A stretch of 64,000 nucleotides of DNA, from NCBI GenBank assembly GCA_949358305.1, contig OX442314.1, positions 6,448,001 through 6,512,000 on the forward strand. The letters run 5' to 3'. The stretch's first letter is position 1. Every line of letters begins with the position of its first letter. Under the pieces are notes generated by a model that searched no databases, was not told the origin of the DNA, and saw only the letters and a program-made list of their open reading frames with translations. Of this stretch, positions 52,945 through 64,000 are shown in pieces. Origin of the DNA: Strigamia acuminata. Its lineage: Eukaryota. The translations under genes and the position numbers were made by a program.

Positions 52945-53345
52945 TTTTGTAGGTCTGTAGTTTAACTTGATTATTTCGAAGCAGTCGTGATCGCTTTGTA
53001 GAGGATTCTACTAGGATTGTGAGTGCGGTGGCGCCATCTATTGACCCGAATGCAAGCTAAATTGTAATCAACTGCACCGAGCACCATCTATCGTAGGCGC
53101 CTCGCAGGTCAGAAAAGTTGTGTTTGATTTCAACTCAGAATGAATCAGACGCAAACCCATATGTATTTAAAATTAATTTTAAAATTTAAAATTCTCGTGT
53201 TGGTAGTTGTAGTTATTAATATTGTCAATGGATGGCACGCTGCAACATTTTCACCAAAGAGGATCATGGGATATGAAGAAACTAGAAATGGCGTCATTCG
53301 ATCGCGCAGAAGCATAACGCATCAATTTGGTAATTATACAGTCAT
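52945..53345 (+). repeat. Diverged direct duplicate of ~13080-13440; contains a signal-peptide-like ORF fragment
   Basis: Shared blocks GGTGGCGCCATCTATTGA, GTGTTGGTA.TTGTAGTTA, TTGTCAATGGATGGC, AGAGGATCATGGGATA, AAATGGCGT, TTTGGTAATTA. Confidence 0.7.
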
Positions 53346-53990
53346 TTAACAGTGAGTAATTTTTTTTTTTTTTTTAACAACTATTGCAAAAAATATTTCA
53401 ATCCTTCTCCCCAGAAATTGAGGCACAAAATTTAGTTAACTGTGTCTACATCAATATATTTTTCCACACAATACAAAAGGAAGGGACCTAAATCCCTTTA
53501 CTTGGAACTAAATAATAATCTAGGTTACTACGTCTAAGAGGACAATCCCATATAATGTATGTTTCTTGCCCGTGGATGTCAAACCCACAAGTTGTGTCGA
53601 TTAAATACATTTTTGTTTGTTTAATTGCGATATAAAGATTTGAAATGCTTTCATGTGGGTAGCGTTGATGGTAATATTTTATGGCCTTGTTGTGAGTGCA
53701 AATTGACAACCCATTTACTGATTCTGATACCAATTGTAAGTGTTTAAAATCCAAGCATAGAAAGACAGTAGTGACATTCCCAAACCTAATCCAATGATGC
53801 TGCCTACATCGCTTAACAGTTGCGATACTGGATATGCCTGATTCTCTTCCGTCGTTTCTATTAAATTATTAGCAGGTTCAACAGATATGTATGTGATATC
53901 GGCAACTGGTAAATTACTCCCCTGATAATTGGTTTGGTAATAAATATTTTCACAGGACAGTTTACATTTGCAGTGTTTTTGATTTGCGTT

Positions 53991-54809
53991 TGTGGTGACC
54001 CAGTTGGATAGGTGTCCCCCCAGGGCGGATACTTGTCCTCTGAGTCACTATGATTGAAGAGTCGTTCCCCCCGAGTTGGCTCCACCTCCCCATGGCAGGT
54101 GTGTGCCCCGAGGGGGAGGAAGCGGCTGGTGGTCAGCCCCCATTGGTTGATCGCCGGCCCTTCACCCCACTGCATAAAAGGCTGTGTTTCCCGCCTAAAG
54201 TCAGAACTTACACAAACGACACCAAGAACACAGCAACTACCTCACCGTCAGGCCAACTTCAACTACAAGTTAGGATTGATCGAGGATCGCTGAGTAAAGT
54301 GCAAACTGTAACTCTCACGAAGTCACTTGCGAGCTATTCCTGCGAAAGCACGAGAATAGCCCTTGTGAAATCACCCAGAATAATCGCCCAGTCGATTATT
54401 CGCCGAAGTAAGTGTCCGAGTGCTTTGTAGGGAACCCCAAAGTTCCTAGACGAGGCCTCTGCGACGCTAAACCAAACCCTAGACAACAGGCACGGATAGA
54501 AGACTCGAAAGAGCATTCCACCGCGTTCGTGAAGACGAATCCGTGACGAATTAACGACAACTCGAGACGCCGCCTTTGTTCCGCCGACCACGCGGAACCG
54601 ACGACGCCATCTTGAGAAATCCTTTGTTCGACTTTGACCAAGTCGACTTTAGTTGTATACTGAGTGTATTTTAAAGGCATAAAGCCTGGTGAATAAATTA
54701 CCTGTTTATTTACATACATTTGGTATTCATTTGGGTATTTGCATAATTGATCACAGGTAAAGTATTACACGTTAGCGCTATTTAAACCTATACCAAGTAG
54801 GACGCGACA
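53991..54809 (+). repeat. 5' LTR of element C (819 bp; left boundary inferred)
   Basis: TGTGGTGACCC...CGCGACA followed by the PBS; termini match element A; no second copy in the window. Confidence 0.75.
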
Positions 54810-54811
54810 CG

Positions 54812-54829
54812 TGGGGGCCTGTCCGGGAT
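54812..54829 (+). promoter_or_regulatory. Primer-binding site of element C, tRNA-Pro-like
   Basis: TGGGGGCCTGTCCGGGAT. Confidence 0.85.
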
Positions 54830-54903
54830 TTAGAAATAAATCTCAAATCTGAACTTGTGATCTCTCAATAAGATAACCCAAATCGTAGAATTACCGAAAG
54901 AAA

Positions 54904-57900
54904 ATGTCAGACAAAGATGAACAATCCGCGTCTGAAACCGAGCAGAGAATGCCCGAGAAGGGAAAAAGGACCTCCGACTACCACCTAAGGTCGGATGGTC
55001 CAGTCCCTGAAATGTCCGCAAAGGCGAAAGCCCGAGCGAACAAAAGGAGAGCGAAGGCGCAGAAAGAGGAGCAAGCTGCATCGCTCGCGGCCCTAGACGG
55101 GCGAGAGCGAGAGCGGGTTCCCTTGAATATGCAAACCTTCGAAGATACCGATACGGAAGCCCTAGAAAATCGAGAAGAAATTCACGACGTATCACCGGGA
55201 CGAGTATCGATATTAATGGCCGAGGAGACGAATGCAACTCCAAAGAAAACGGCCACGGTCGGCACGAACCCATCGCCACCAACGGCTCAGACGTCCGTAG
55301 AGCAAACCCCACGGAAAAACGACGGCGGGACCCCGATAACCCCCCGAGTTACGGCGAGTCCTGCAGTTGTTTCCTTCGAAGTATCTCACCTAATTCGGTT
55401 GACGCAGCAAGCTGCCCAACTGAAAGCGATGATAGACATTCCAGTAGGAACGTCAGTCTGGGAATCGATTACTCTACTCACTGACGCTGTCTGTGCGGCA
55501 CAAGCCCCGACGCCGGTCGCAAGACCAGCAGCGGAGACGCCCATGCCCCAGGTAACGCCCAGTGACACCGGAGGTTTCGTACCAGACCCCAGCAAAGCCC
55601 TTCGCGAATCCAGAGAGAAAGCCCGCGAAGAAGCCAGACAAGAGGCAATTAATCGCCAACGAAGGCTGAGCGCGGAAAGACGAGAACTCTGGAAAGAAGA
55701 GGAAGAAAGGGAACAGCGTGAAGAAAGGACCACCGAGAGAACAGAGAAACTGGTCCAAAAAATGAGGGAAGAACGAGAAGCTAAAATTCGAAAAGAATGG
55801 AACGCCACAGTAGAAGGGCGACATCGAGAAGCTCAAGAGTACGAGGACCAATTTCAAGCCCTCATAGCTCAAAGAAAAGCAGAAAAGCTACAAATGTTGC
55901 GAAAAGAAGCCATTTTACAACATCAGAAATGGGAAGAACAGCATCGCGAGAGGTTAAGAGAAGAGGAAGCCAGAAAAGAAAAAGAACAGTTTCTGAAAGA
56001 GAAAGAAGAATGGGAACGAGACAGATGGACCGAAGAGTACAAAGCGAAGAAGCAAGCCATAATAGATGAGCAAAAAAGATGGGAAGCCGAAAACTAGGAA
56101 AAAGAAACAGAAAAGTTCCAAAAAGAGTACGAACAAGACGTTTCGGACAGGAAGAAAAAGGAAGAAAACCTGAAACGGAAATCAGAACCCCCCAGCGGCT
56201 CTGATACCGACACAGGAGAAGATGCAACAAAGCCGGCAAAAACGGCGAAAAAGGGGAAATCTCAAAAGAGAGACGAGTCGGTCCCAAAAACAAAGGACCG
56301 TCACCCCTCAAAAAGATCCGAGACGGGAGCAGCCATCGACGCGTTACTCGAAAAGAAAAACGCGAATAAAAACCGGGAACGCCCCGAAAGCGAGGAAAAC
56401 AGATGGCATTCTTTTTACGAGAACAACGACGGAGAGGAGCCGCCGCCATCCGGAGGCTCGAAACAGAAGAAGGCTGGCGGGGAGACCCCACCGAGAGGGC
56501 CGAGGTTTCACCCCCAAGGAGATCCCTCCGAGCCCTCCGATTCGTCGGACGACGACCATCCGAGTCGACCGTCTACAGGGAGGAGTCGAGAGGGCAGCGA
56601 CGGGCACCGGTCGAACCGGCCGAATGCCTCGAACCGCTCTTCCCGGAGCTCCAACCCTCGCTCGCAGGAAGGAAACTTTCAGGACTCATCTGGCCGCCAT
56701 TACACGATGGCTGAGCTAGGCCGAGCCCTGCTGAACTCTTTCAGAAGAGAAGGGATCGATCTAGGCCATCCAGGCGACGAGCATAACCGCGCAGGAGAAA
56801 GGGTTAAGCGCAAATATGGCGTACGCAACGAACCAAGCGGTGAAGCCACGGGTAACATCCGCTGGCAGCACTATATTCAAACGCGATTTGACGGTTCGTG
56901 GAAGGCCGGAGACCGCTTCCTGGACGAAGTGATGCGTATCAAGAAAGCGACAAAAGCCACCGTCGCCGACATGCTAACCCACGGTCTGGTGGAACTAACC
57001 ACGGGATCAGCTCGAGAATGGTATCAGGGTCTAAAAAACCCAACCTGGGACGATTTTCTCGTCCGTTTCGATCTCCGATACGGCGAGACTCCAGACGAGA
57101 TCAGTAACAAATTACGTGGTCTACGACAAGCCCCAGGAGAAACATTAGCCGACTACGACGCCCGAGCGAAACTACTGTTTGCAAGAGCGCCGTATGAAAT
57201 AAACCCCGCTGGTTTTACGATGATCTTTTACGGAGGATTATCGGCCCACTCGCAAAGAATTCTGCTAGACATGCGTGCACCCCGCACTGGCGATTACCAA
57301 GATGTCAGTAACTATCTTCTAACAAACACGTTAGAAATAGAACAGCGATATTACGCCACTCTGCCCCCGGAAGAAGCTGACGCGCACGAGAAACGGTTGC
57401 AGACGAGCGCCGAACGTCACAAGACCTCAGAGAAATTAATGAGGCCAAGTGAATATTTGAGCGGCATAATGAGTCTCACCGAGGCGTCCTCCGGACGGAT
57501 GCTGACGTCTAAAGCAGGCAATACTCTTCCAGCCAACCCGATAGCTGCCCCAAAGACAGCACCGGCAGCGACGGCGATGCAGGTGACCTCGACGGACTCC
57601 ACCCAGGTGGAGAAAGTCGAAGAAACAACACCTCTCGCCACGACTAAAGAAGAGGAGCCAGCGTCGAGCGACAAGGAAGCCCTAAATGAGCACCTCGAAA
57701 ACTTATCAACGGGATGCGACGATCAAGGTCCCTATTTGCACCACGCGCACCGAGCCCTAGCGATCGCACAATTCAGAGCGCACGTGCAGGCAACAAAAGC
57801 GAGAGGGGCATTGGGAGGAAAAAGACGATTCCCGACGCCCTTCGTCCCGAAAAAACCGGGATTCACTCCCACAGGGAATAAAAGTAACATCAAATGTTAT

Positions 57901-58044
57901 AGCTGCGGAGAATACGGTCACTATTCAGACAAATGCGAAAAAACCGTCAAAGAAAAAGACATCATGCAAAGCATGATGAAAATGATGATGGAGTTAAATA
58001 CTAATCTGGCAAAAAACTCCCAAGCGCAGGCGTCGCCGAAATAA
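54904..58044 (+). CDS. gag: Element C gag, ~1046 codons with a single in-frame TAG at 56095-56097; long coiled-coil N-terminal region
   Basis: Frame stays open from 56098 into ORF 56707; LTTGSAREWY...LRQAPGETLADY gag domain; knuckle CYSCGEYGHYSDKC. Confidence 0.88.
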
Positions 58045-61000
58045 ATTCAGCTTCGTCTGCGCCAGCCGCGGAAATTAAAAAGAAGAAATATCACACTGGA
58101 CCCGCAGGTCATGCCCTGGCAGAAGCACAGATCAAAGATCGCATACAGACCGTTCCGAAGAAGGAAGAAAAAGTGACGTTGACGGGTATGCAAGTGAAAA
58201 CGAAATCGGACGTCGACATGGATTGGACGGACCTACCGTTCAATCTGGAGGTCGAGCCGCAAAAACTACGCGTATTTCACTGCCACGTCACGAAAGCACA
58301 TTGCGAAACTCTGTGTATGCTACCAGTGGAAATAGAGAATCAGAAACTGTTTGGTCTGCTAGACTCGGGAGCGGACCGCTCATTCATATCCGAAGACATA
58401 GTGAAGGATTTGGATATCGAAAAAAAAATGGCACAAGTAAACGCGAACGTAGAACTACTCACCGCCAACGGTTACGTCAAGCCAAAAGGCGTAGTTCGCG
58501 TCACTATCGACTGGAAGGGGGGAAACCTGTCCCACCCCTTCATAGTCTTGCCATCCAACGACAAAGTATTCCTCCTCGGGATGGATATCATGGCAAAACT
58601 GAAAATTCAGCCGAACCCGATAACCCGTTCATGGAACTGGATAAGTCCCGAGGGAGAACGGCCCGTCCCCGTAGTTCCCCAAAAATTACTGGACGAAGCC
58701 AAGGACAAAGAGGAATACGGACGAGGATTGCAAAAATTCGTCCAAGATTACGATTTCGCAGCCTTCACTCTGGAATTGCAGAGGAGTAACGTCGTGGAAA
58801 CATTAGTCGAGGAAGCAGCACTGCGTGTTAACGAGGCATCGCTACTGAGGCGAGTGCTTCGAAAACATGAAAGAATTCTGACCAAGACACCTGGTCGAAC
58901 AACTGAAGCAGTGCACGAAATAGTCTTGACCACGGACAAGCCGATTAGAGTGCCTTACAAGGGGATGAACCCCCAAAAAAGGGACATTGTGACGCAAATG
59001 TGCCAAGACATGCTCGACAAGGGCATAGTAACGCAAGCCCTGGGCAAATACGCCATGCGGATCGCCCTGGTAATGCGTCCAGGCTCGGAACCTCGACTAT
59101 GCATTGATTATCGCCCCCTGAACGCGATAACAGTTATAGACCCGATTCAGATGCCGTCTATAGACTCGATTCTCCGGGAGCTGAGCCCATTCAAGTGGGT
59201 AACCACCATGGACCTGTCAAAGGGGTATTGGCAAGTGGAGCTCAAACCCGAAGACAAACTGAAAACGGCTTTCTACTCCCCGATAGGAAGATTAATGTTC
59301 AACGTGATGCCGTTCGGGCTTGTAAACGCCCCGAGCACGTTCCAGAAATTGATCGAAAGCGTGTTGGGAGATATGCTTCACGACTTCGTGTGGGCGTATC
59401 TCGACGACATCATAATAACGTCGGACACATTCGAAGAGCATATAGACCACATCGATAGAGTGGTCTCTCGCCTAGCCAAGGCGGGACTCCACATCCATCC
59501 AGGGAAGAGCAAGTTTTGCAGAAAAGAGCTTGCCTTCCTAGGATATCGAATAGGAGTCGAGGGAATCGCGATTGACCCCGAAAAGGTCAAAGCAATAAAC
59601 GGATTCCCCGCCCCCGAAGATATAAAAGGTGTCCAGAGATTTATGGGCATGGTCAATTTCTTCGGCCGACTACTTGCTGGTCTGGCTGAGGTGGCCGCGC
59701 CTATAACGGATCTCTTACGAACGTATAAAGAATTTGAGTGGACGGTCCAGTGCGAGGCCGCATTTAGCACCATCAAGCAAATGCTGGCTGACGTCGAAAA
59801 GATGCCATTGCCGGACCTAAACCGACCGTTCGTGTTGCACACCGACGCGAGTCAAATCGGACTGGGTGCAGCCCTTCTGCAGACCCACGTGTACAACGGA
59901 ACCCCGCAAGAAGTACCCTGCATGTTTATAAGCAGAAAAATACAGGGCGCGGAGAAAAATTACACGGCAACGGAACTGGAGTGCCTAGCAGTAATTTGGG
60001 CAGTTCGGAAATTTCGCGATTATCTGGAGTACACGAACTTCGAGGTTCAGACCGATCACCAGGCACTAAGCTGGTTGATGAAACTCAAAGAACTTTCAGG
60101 CCGACTCGCGCGATGGCAACTGGAGTTAATGGCGTGCGACATAACAATTACGTACCGCCCCGGGAAGTACAATCATGTGGCCGACGCCCTCTCGAGAGCC
60201 CCCGCGTCCGACCCCCAAGGTCCAGACGACGACGGCGAGGACGACACCCATCTCTTGTACTGCCCAACTCCACGGAGAATATGGCACTTGCGGAAAGCGA
60301 ACGAGCTACCAGTGATGGAGCCCGAAGATAGAACGTTTTGTGGTTTTTGGACCCGAACGTACCAGCCAGCTGGGACGAGCGATGCAACATCCGAAATTCA
60401 ACCTCCGCCCCCCGGAGAGACCCACAAAGCACTACTACGCGCCTTCACAACAAAAATTGAAGAAAAGACGCAATACGCTCCACCCACGAGACGTGAGTTC
60501 GTCGAACACCAGGCAGCCGACACAAAATGTCAAATTATAACGCAATATTTGCTAAACGGCGAATTTCCGGAAGGGATGACAAACCCACACCGCCGGAAAC
60601 AGTTCGTCAAAGAAGCAACAAGCTACCTCATAGATGATGAACTCCTGGTAAAATACCACCCGACGTTTCAAGATGACCTCAGCGGAGCGGGAAACTCGGT
60701 GAAAGTGGTCGTACCGGCATCGCTGCACACCCGACTGTTGTGGCTGATGCACGGACACCCGCTCGCCAGCCATTCCGGCGTGGCGAGGACCCTTTATCGA
60801 GTAAAACAACTTTTCTTCTGGCCGGGCGCGCGGCAAAAGATAACGAAATTTATCCGACACTGCCCCCGGTGCCAAGCGTGCAGACCGCGAGATAAAGTGG
60901 CCAGAAACGCCATGTCTCTCGGACCCTACGCACCGTTTGACTGCTTAAGCATAGACTTGATGGGCCCCAAGCCCACAACGGGAAACAGGAACATGTATAT

Positions 61001-62147
61001 TCTCGTAATTATGGACGTGGCCACCCGATGGCCGGAGCTGTACGCCCTCGTGAAGCCCTCGGCTGAAAACATAGTCGAGTGCCTTTACGACGTGGCAATG
61101 CGATTTGGGTTTTCCAGAAAACTCATTTCGGATAACGGCCCCCAATTCCGATCAAGAATATATAAGGACTTCTGTAGAAAATTTAGAATGGATGCATCGA
61201 ACACCTCCACGTATAATCCTCAGACAAATCCAGTCGAGAGATTAAATAAAGACATAAAATATGCGCTGACAGTATTCACCGATATTCACAATCGATGGGA
61301 CGAATACCTGCGAGAAATCGCTTTCAGCATTCGCTCAACCGTGTCAAGAACACGCGAATTCTCACCGGCGTACCTCAACTTCGCCCGCGAATTAAGGATG
61401 CCATGGGACCCACGCGTTGCCGAAGCTGTTAACGTATTAGACCCATCGAGCCCACATGAGTACGTGTGCCGGTTGGAACAGACTATATCCGACACATACC
61501 AGCATATGATGGCGCATATTTTCAACATGAGAGAGAGAATCGCAGATAAAGAAGGCGATCTCGCTTTCGCGAACTTTAAAGTGAATGATCTAGTGTGGAA
61601 GGAGGCACACACGTTGTCCAATGCAGCGAGGGGCATCGCCGCGGGTTTAGCCGACAAGAGGGACGGTCCCTATGTAATTGTGGCCGAACACGGCGGCAAC
61701 GCATACCAACTGCGCCGCTTAGAGGACAACAAAAATTTTCAGTCGATACATGGCCGAGATTTAAGGCCATATCTGCCAGAGTTTCCCCAAGAAATCTGGC
61801 TGGAAGGTCAGACACACAGCGGCCAAGGGGGCACCGTGGTCGACACGTTCCAAAAACCAAATGAAGCTGAAAATGTAGCGGAGAGCGAGGATGAATTTTT
61901 CGACGCCGAATCCCCAGCCGACGAGGCTCCAGCTCAGCCGGAGCAAGCAATTTCGGAGAGGGAGGAAGCAGAAGAATGTACTTCTGAAATGGAAAATAAA
62001 AAAATTAATAATGAGAAAAATGCCAACACATCGGAGATGAACGAGCAAGTAGAGTCACGATCTACCAGCATGTCGAAAATCAACCTTCGACCACGACGAA
62101 GCAATAATCCGTTCATTCGGGACGGCAAAGTCGTGGGGAAGAACTAA
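58017..62147 (+). CDS. pol: Element C pol (PR-RT-RNase H-IN), intact, entered by -1 frameshift
   Basis: LLDSGA, YLDD, HTDAS, TDHQAL, HHCC zinc finger, SDNGPQF, GPY motif; A_AAA_AAC at 58011-58017 with the -1 frame open to 58173. Confidence 0.96.
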   Translation, partial: LPSAGVAEINSASSAPAAEIKKKKYHTGPAGHALAEAQIKDRIQTVPKKEEKVTLTGMQVKTKSDVDMDWTDLPFNLEVEPQKLRVFHCHVTKAHCETLCMLPVEIENQKLFGLLDSGADRSFISEDIVKDLDIEKKMAQVNANVELLTANGYVKPKGVVRVTIDWKGGNLSHPFIVLPSNDKVFLLGMDIMAKLKIQPNPITRSWNWISPEGERPVPVVPQKLLDEAKDKEEYGRGLQKFVQDYDFAAFTLELQRSNVVETLVEEAALRVNEASLLRRVLRKHERILTKTPGRTTEAVHEIVLTTDKPIRVPYKGMNPQKRDIVTQMCQDMLDKGIVTQALGKYAMRIALVMRPGSEPRLCIDYRPLNAITVIDPIQMPSIDSILRELSPFKWVTTMDLSKGYWQVELKPEDKLKTAFYSPIGRLMFNVMPFGLVNAPSTFQKLIESVLGDMLHDFVWAYLDDIIITSDTFEEHIDHIDRVVSRLAKAGLHIHPGKSKFCRKELAFLGYRIGVEGIAIDPEKVKAINGFPAPEDIKGVQRFMGMVNFFGRLLAGLAEVAAPITDLLRTYKEFEWTVQCEAAFSTIKQMLADVEKMPLPDLNRPFVLHTDASQIGLGAALLQTHVYNGTPQEVPCMFISRKIQGAEKNYTATELECLAVIWAVRKFRDYLEYTNFEVQTDHQALSWLMKLKELSGRLARWQLELMACDITITYRPGKYNHVADALSRAPASDPQGPDDDGEDDTHLLYCPTPRRIWHLRKANELPVMEPEDRTFCGFWTRTYQPAGTSDATSEIQPPPPGETHKALLRAFTTKIEEKTQYAPPTRREFVEHQAADTKCQIITQYLLNGEFPEGMTNPHRRKQFVKEATSYLIDDELLVKYHPTFQDDLSGAGNSVKVVVPASLHTRLLWLMHGHPLASHSGVARTLYRVKQLFFWPGARQKITKFIRHCPRCQACRPRDKVARNAMSLGPYAPFDCLSIDLMGPKPTTGNRNMYILVIMDVATRWPELYALVKPSAENIVECLYDVAMRFGFSRKLISDNGPQFRSRIYKDFCRKFRMDASNTSTYNPQTNPVERLNKDIKYALTVFTDIHNRWDEYLREIAFSIRSTVSRTREFSPAYLNFARELRMPWDPRVAEAVNVLDPSSPHEYVCRLEQTISDTYQHMMAHIFNMRERIADKEGDLAFANFKVNDLVWKEAHTLSNAARGIAAGLADKRDGPYVIVAEHGGNAYQLRRLEDNKNFQSIHGRDLRPYLPEFPQEIWLEGQTHSGQGGTVVDTFQKPNEAENVAESEDEFFDAESPADEAPAQPEQAISEREEAEECTSEMENKKINNEKNANTSEMNEQVESRSTSMSKINLRPRRSNNPFIRDGKVVGKN

Positions 62148-62525
62148 AAATAAAAAGAAAATGTGATAACATGGAGCGGAGGCCTTGTAAAATAAAAAGA
62201 TTTACTTACGAGAGCCGCTGCACATGTTGAGACGCGAAAATTTGGCTAAGTCCAAACTTCGCAACGAATTGTCGCAGTCACCACTAACAGACGAGAAGTT
62301 ATAACGTATTGGGCGACCACGTGACAATGAAACCACGCGGTCGACCCCGTAGCGTCATTGCCAGCACGGCGGATCTCGCAAAGCACGAGACGCGTTCGAG
62401 ACCCACAATTCTCAGCGTCGATAGGCCTAGTTTCCGACTGTTTTTAACAGGAAGAGACGTGTCTTTCGCTTCTCCCCCAGAGAAAGCCGAAAAACCTCTC
62501 AAAACCTTCAATTTTGTGATTTAAA

Positions 62526-63599
62526 ATGGCCGATCGACGAAACCCACGATTAGAGCCGAGCGCATCGTCGAGAGACGAGAGCGACGGCCTAATCGTGAAC
62601 GCTGAAGATGATGAGAATTGGGACGAACAACCGCCGTTGCTGGTAAATTAATGTGATTTCCCCAGAGAAATCACATAGTTCTTTGAATCTGTTGCATCCA
62701 ACCCAAATTGGAGCGTGACTTGTGACTGATATATTTCTTTCTGTTTTATTGTTGATTTAAGGCTGGCTAAAAACCCGAGAGTGGACCCAGATTCACCTCG
62801 GAGTCAAGGCCGCCAAAAAACCAGAACAAAGGAAGTGTTCGCGGAATGGCGTCGTGGCAAACCAAAACCAAAACTAAAGGTTTTCTTTCTTTTAAAATTA
62901 AACATCGTAATAAATTAAAATACGATTAGAGTTAAAATAAAAAGTTTAACGTAAAATTAAGAATTTAACGATCGGTTTTGCCTGCGACCCCTTCCTGAAG
63001 CGGACTACCTGAGTTCAAAAAGTAGTGTTGGATCAGCGCTACGACGGCGGAGATCATCGCAGAACTGCGAAACAAGAAAATAAGACCGACGGCCGCAGCA
63101 AAAGAAAGGAGTTGCTGCCACCGTCGATCTTGAGCATATTTCTGATCCCCATCGTTAACTGGGATTTATTATATTAATCTTGTGATCTAAAATTATTCAG
63201 GTCGACCCGCTAGAATCGTGGGACGCCCTGCCTTCGACGGTGTCAACCGCCAACAACATCTTTCGTGGAGCCCTGCCGATTTACCTGCGGCAGGCCTATC
63301 CTGCGGAGACCAGCGCCTGGAAAATCCGATTGATGTATTCCAGGACCCTCGAGGAAAAATTCGAGCGATCGAAGACGCTGGTCGAGTGCATGACGAAGGA
63401 GATGAGGGAGCGAGTGGGGCCGCGGATCCCACCTGATGCGGATCCGCCGAGCCCCGTTTACTCCGAGTATCTGGAAGAGGCTTACCCAGGCACGGTGGCC
63501 GAGCTGCACACCTCCCACAGGTGGCGCGAGGCCCCGACCATGGCAGCCCGCCAGAGAATAGTGGACGACGAGATCGAACGCTTAAAGTGTTGGTTTTAG
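62526..63599 (+). CDS. Element C 3' accessory gene, predicted spliced (62526-62642 + 63201-63599, ~171 aa)
   Basis: ATG...CTG|GTAAAT donor and TTATTCAG|GTC acceptor are both phase 0; acidic N-terminus; motif repeat IYLRQAYP / EYLEEAYP. Confidence 0.6.
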
Positions 63600-64000
63600 A
63601 CACCAAACTGAATATCGATGTGATATAGAATCACATTTTGTCTTGTATTTATTATTTATTCGTATATCTTTTTAGAATTCGATATGTTTTATTTATCTGT
63701 TATTTTATATAACAAGTTCAATGTTATTCGTATGCCAAATGGTTTATTCTAGATATTTATCTCATGTTTGTGCATGTAACACCATGCAGCATCTAGTTAT
63801 CACGTTTAATTCCCATGTTTACATTTATGTATTTCAACTTACCGACACAAGGTGTCACTATGTATGTTTTCATTCGTTCAACATGGCGCCCACCTCGAGA
63901 AAGAGCTGTCCCGCCATTTTTCACTATATTGGAATCTTTTGTTAAGTATATTATGATTAAATCTTCTTTTATGTTTTTAACAAGTGTTTAGCTTTGTTTA

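Larger units (their letters stand above)
53991..64000 (+). mobile_element. Gypsy/Ty3 LTR retrotransposon C; 3' LTR lies outside the window
   Basis: 5' LTR, PBS, gag, intact pol in PR-RT-RH-IN order, downstream accessory gene. Confidence 0.92.

Noticed and set aside
54830..62128. Many antisense and alternative-frame ORFs over element C
   Set aside because: Shadows of the long gag and pol frames.

Overview
Eukaryotic (arthropod-like, AT-rich) genomic DNA. The first ~12.6 kb hold seven minus-strand coding exons of a bHLH-PAS transcription factor of the dysfusion/NPAS4 family; the gene continues past the window start and its introns are packed with tandem repeats. From ~13 kb the window is a deeply nested transposon cluster that can be reconstructed by removing inserts at their TSDs. 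A ~2.5-kb-arm inverted duplication (carrying a possible Cys-rich secreted-protein gene) is split by a pol-less Gypsy-like LTR element A (20276-48736). A contains a solo LTR, an intact IR/DR Tc1 transposon and a full Gypsy element B (29586-46023). B contains another solo LTR and a palindromic tRNA-Ser-bearing MITE. A copia relic follows, then a plus-strand Gypsy element C with intact pol running off the window end. Main observations: (1) all three LTR elements carry apparently spliced, non-env accessory genes at the env position; (2) element A keeps the A_AAA_AAC frameshift and hairpin but has an unrelated ORF in place of pol, and shares termini and PBS with C; (3) two ~1-kb palindromic MITEs with tRNA-Ser-derived cores sit in the same 9-bp target. 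All calls were made by eye; coordinates of low-complexity repeats are approximate.
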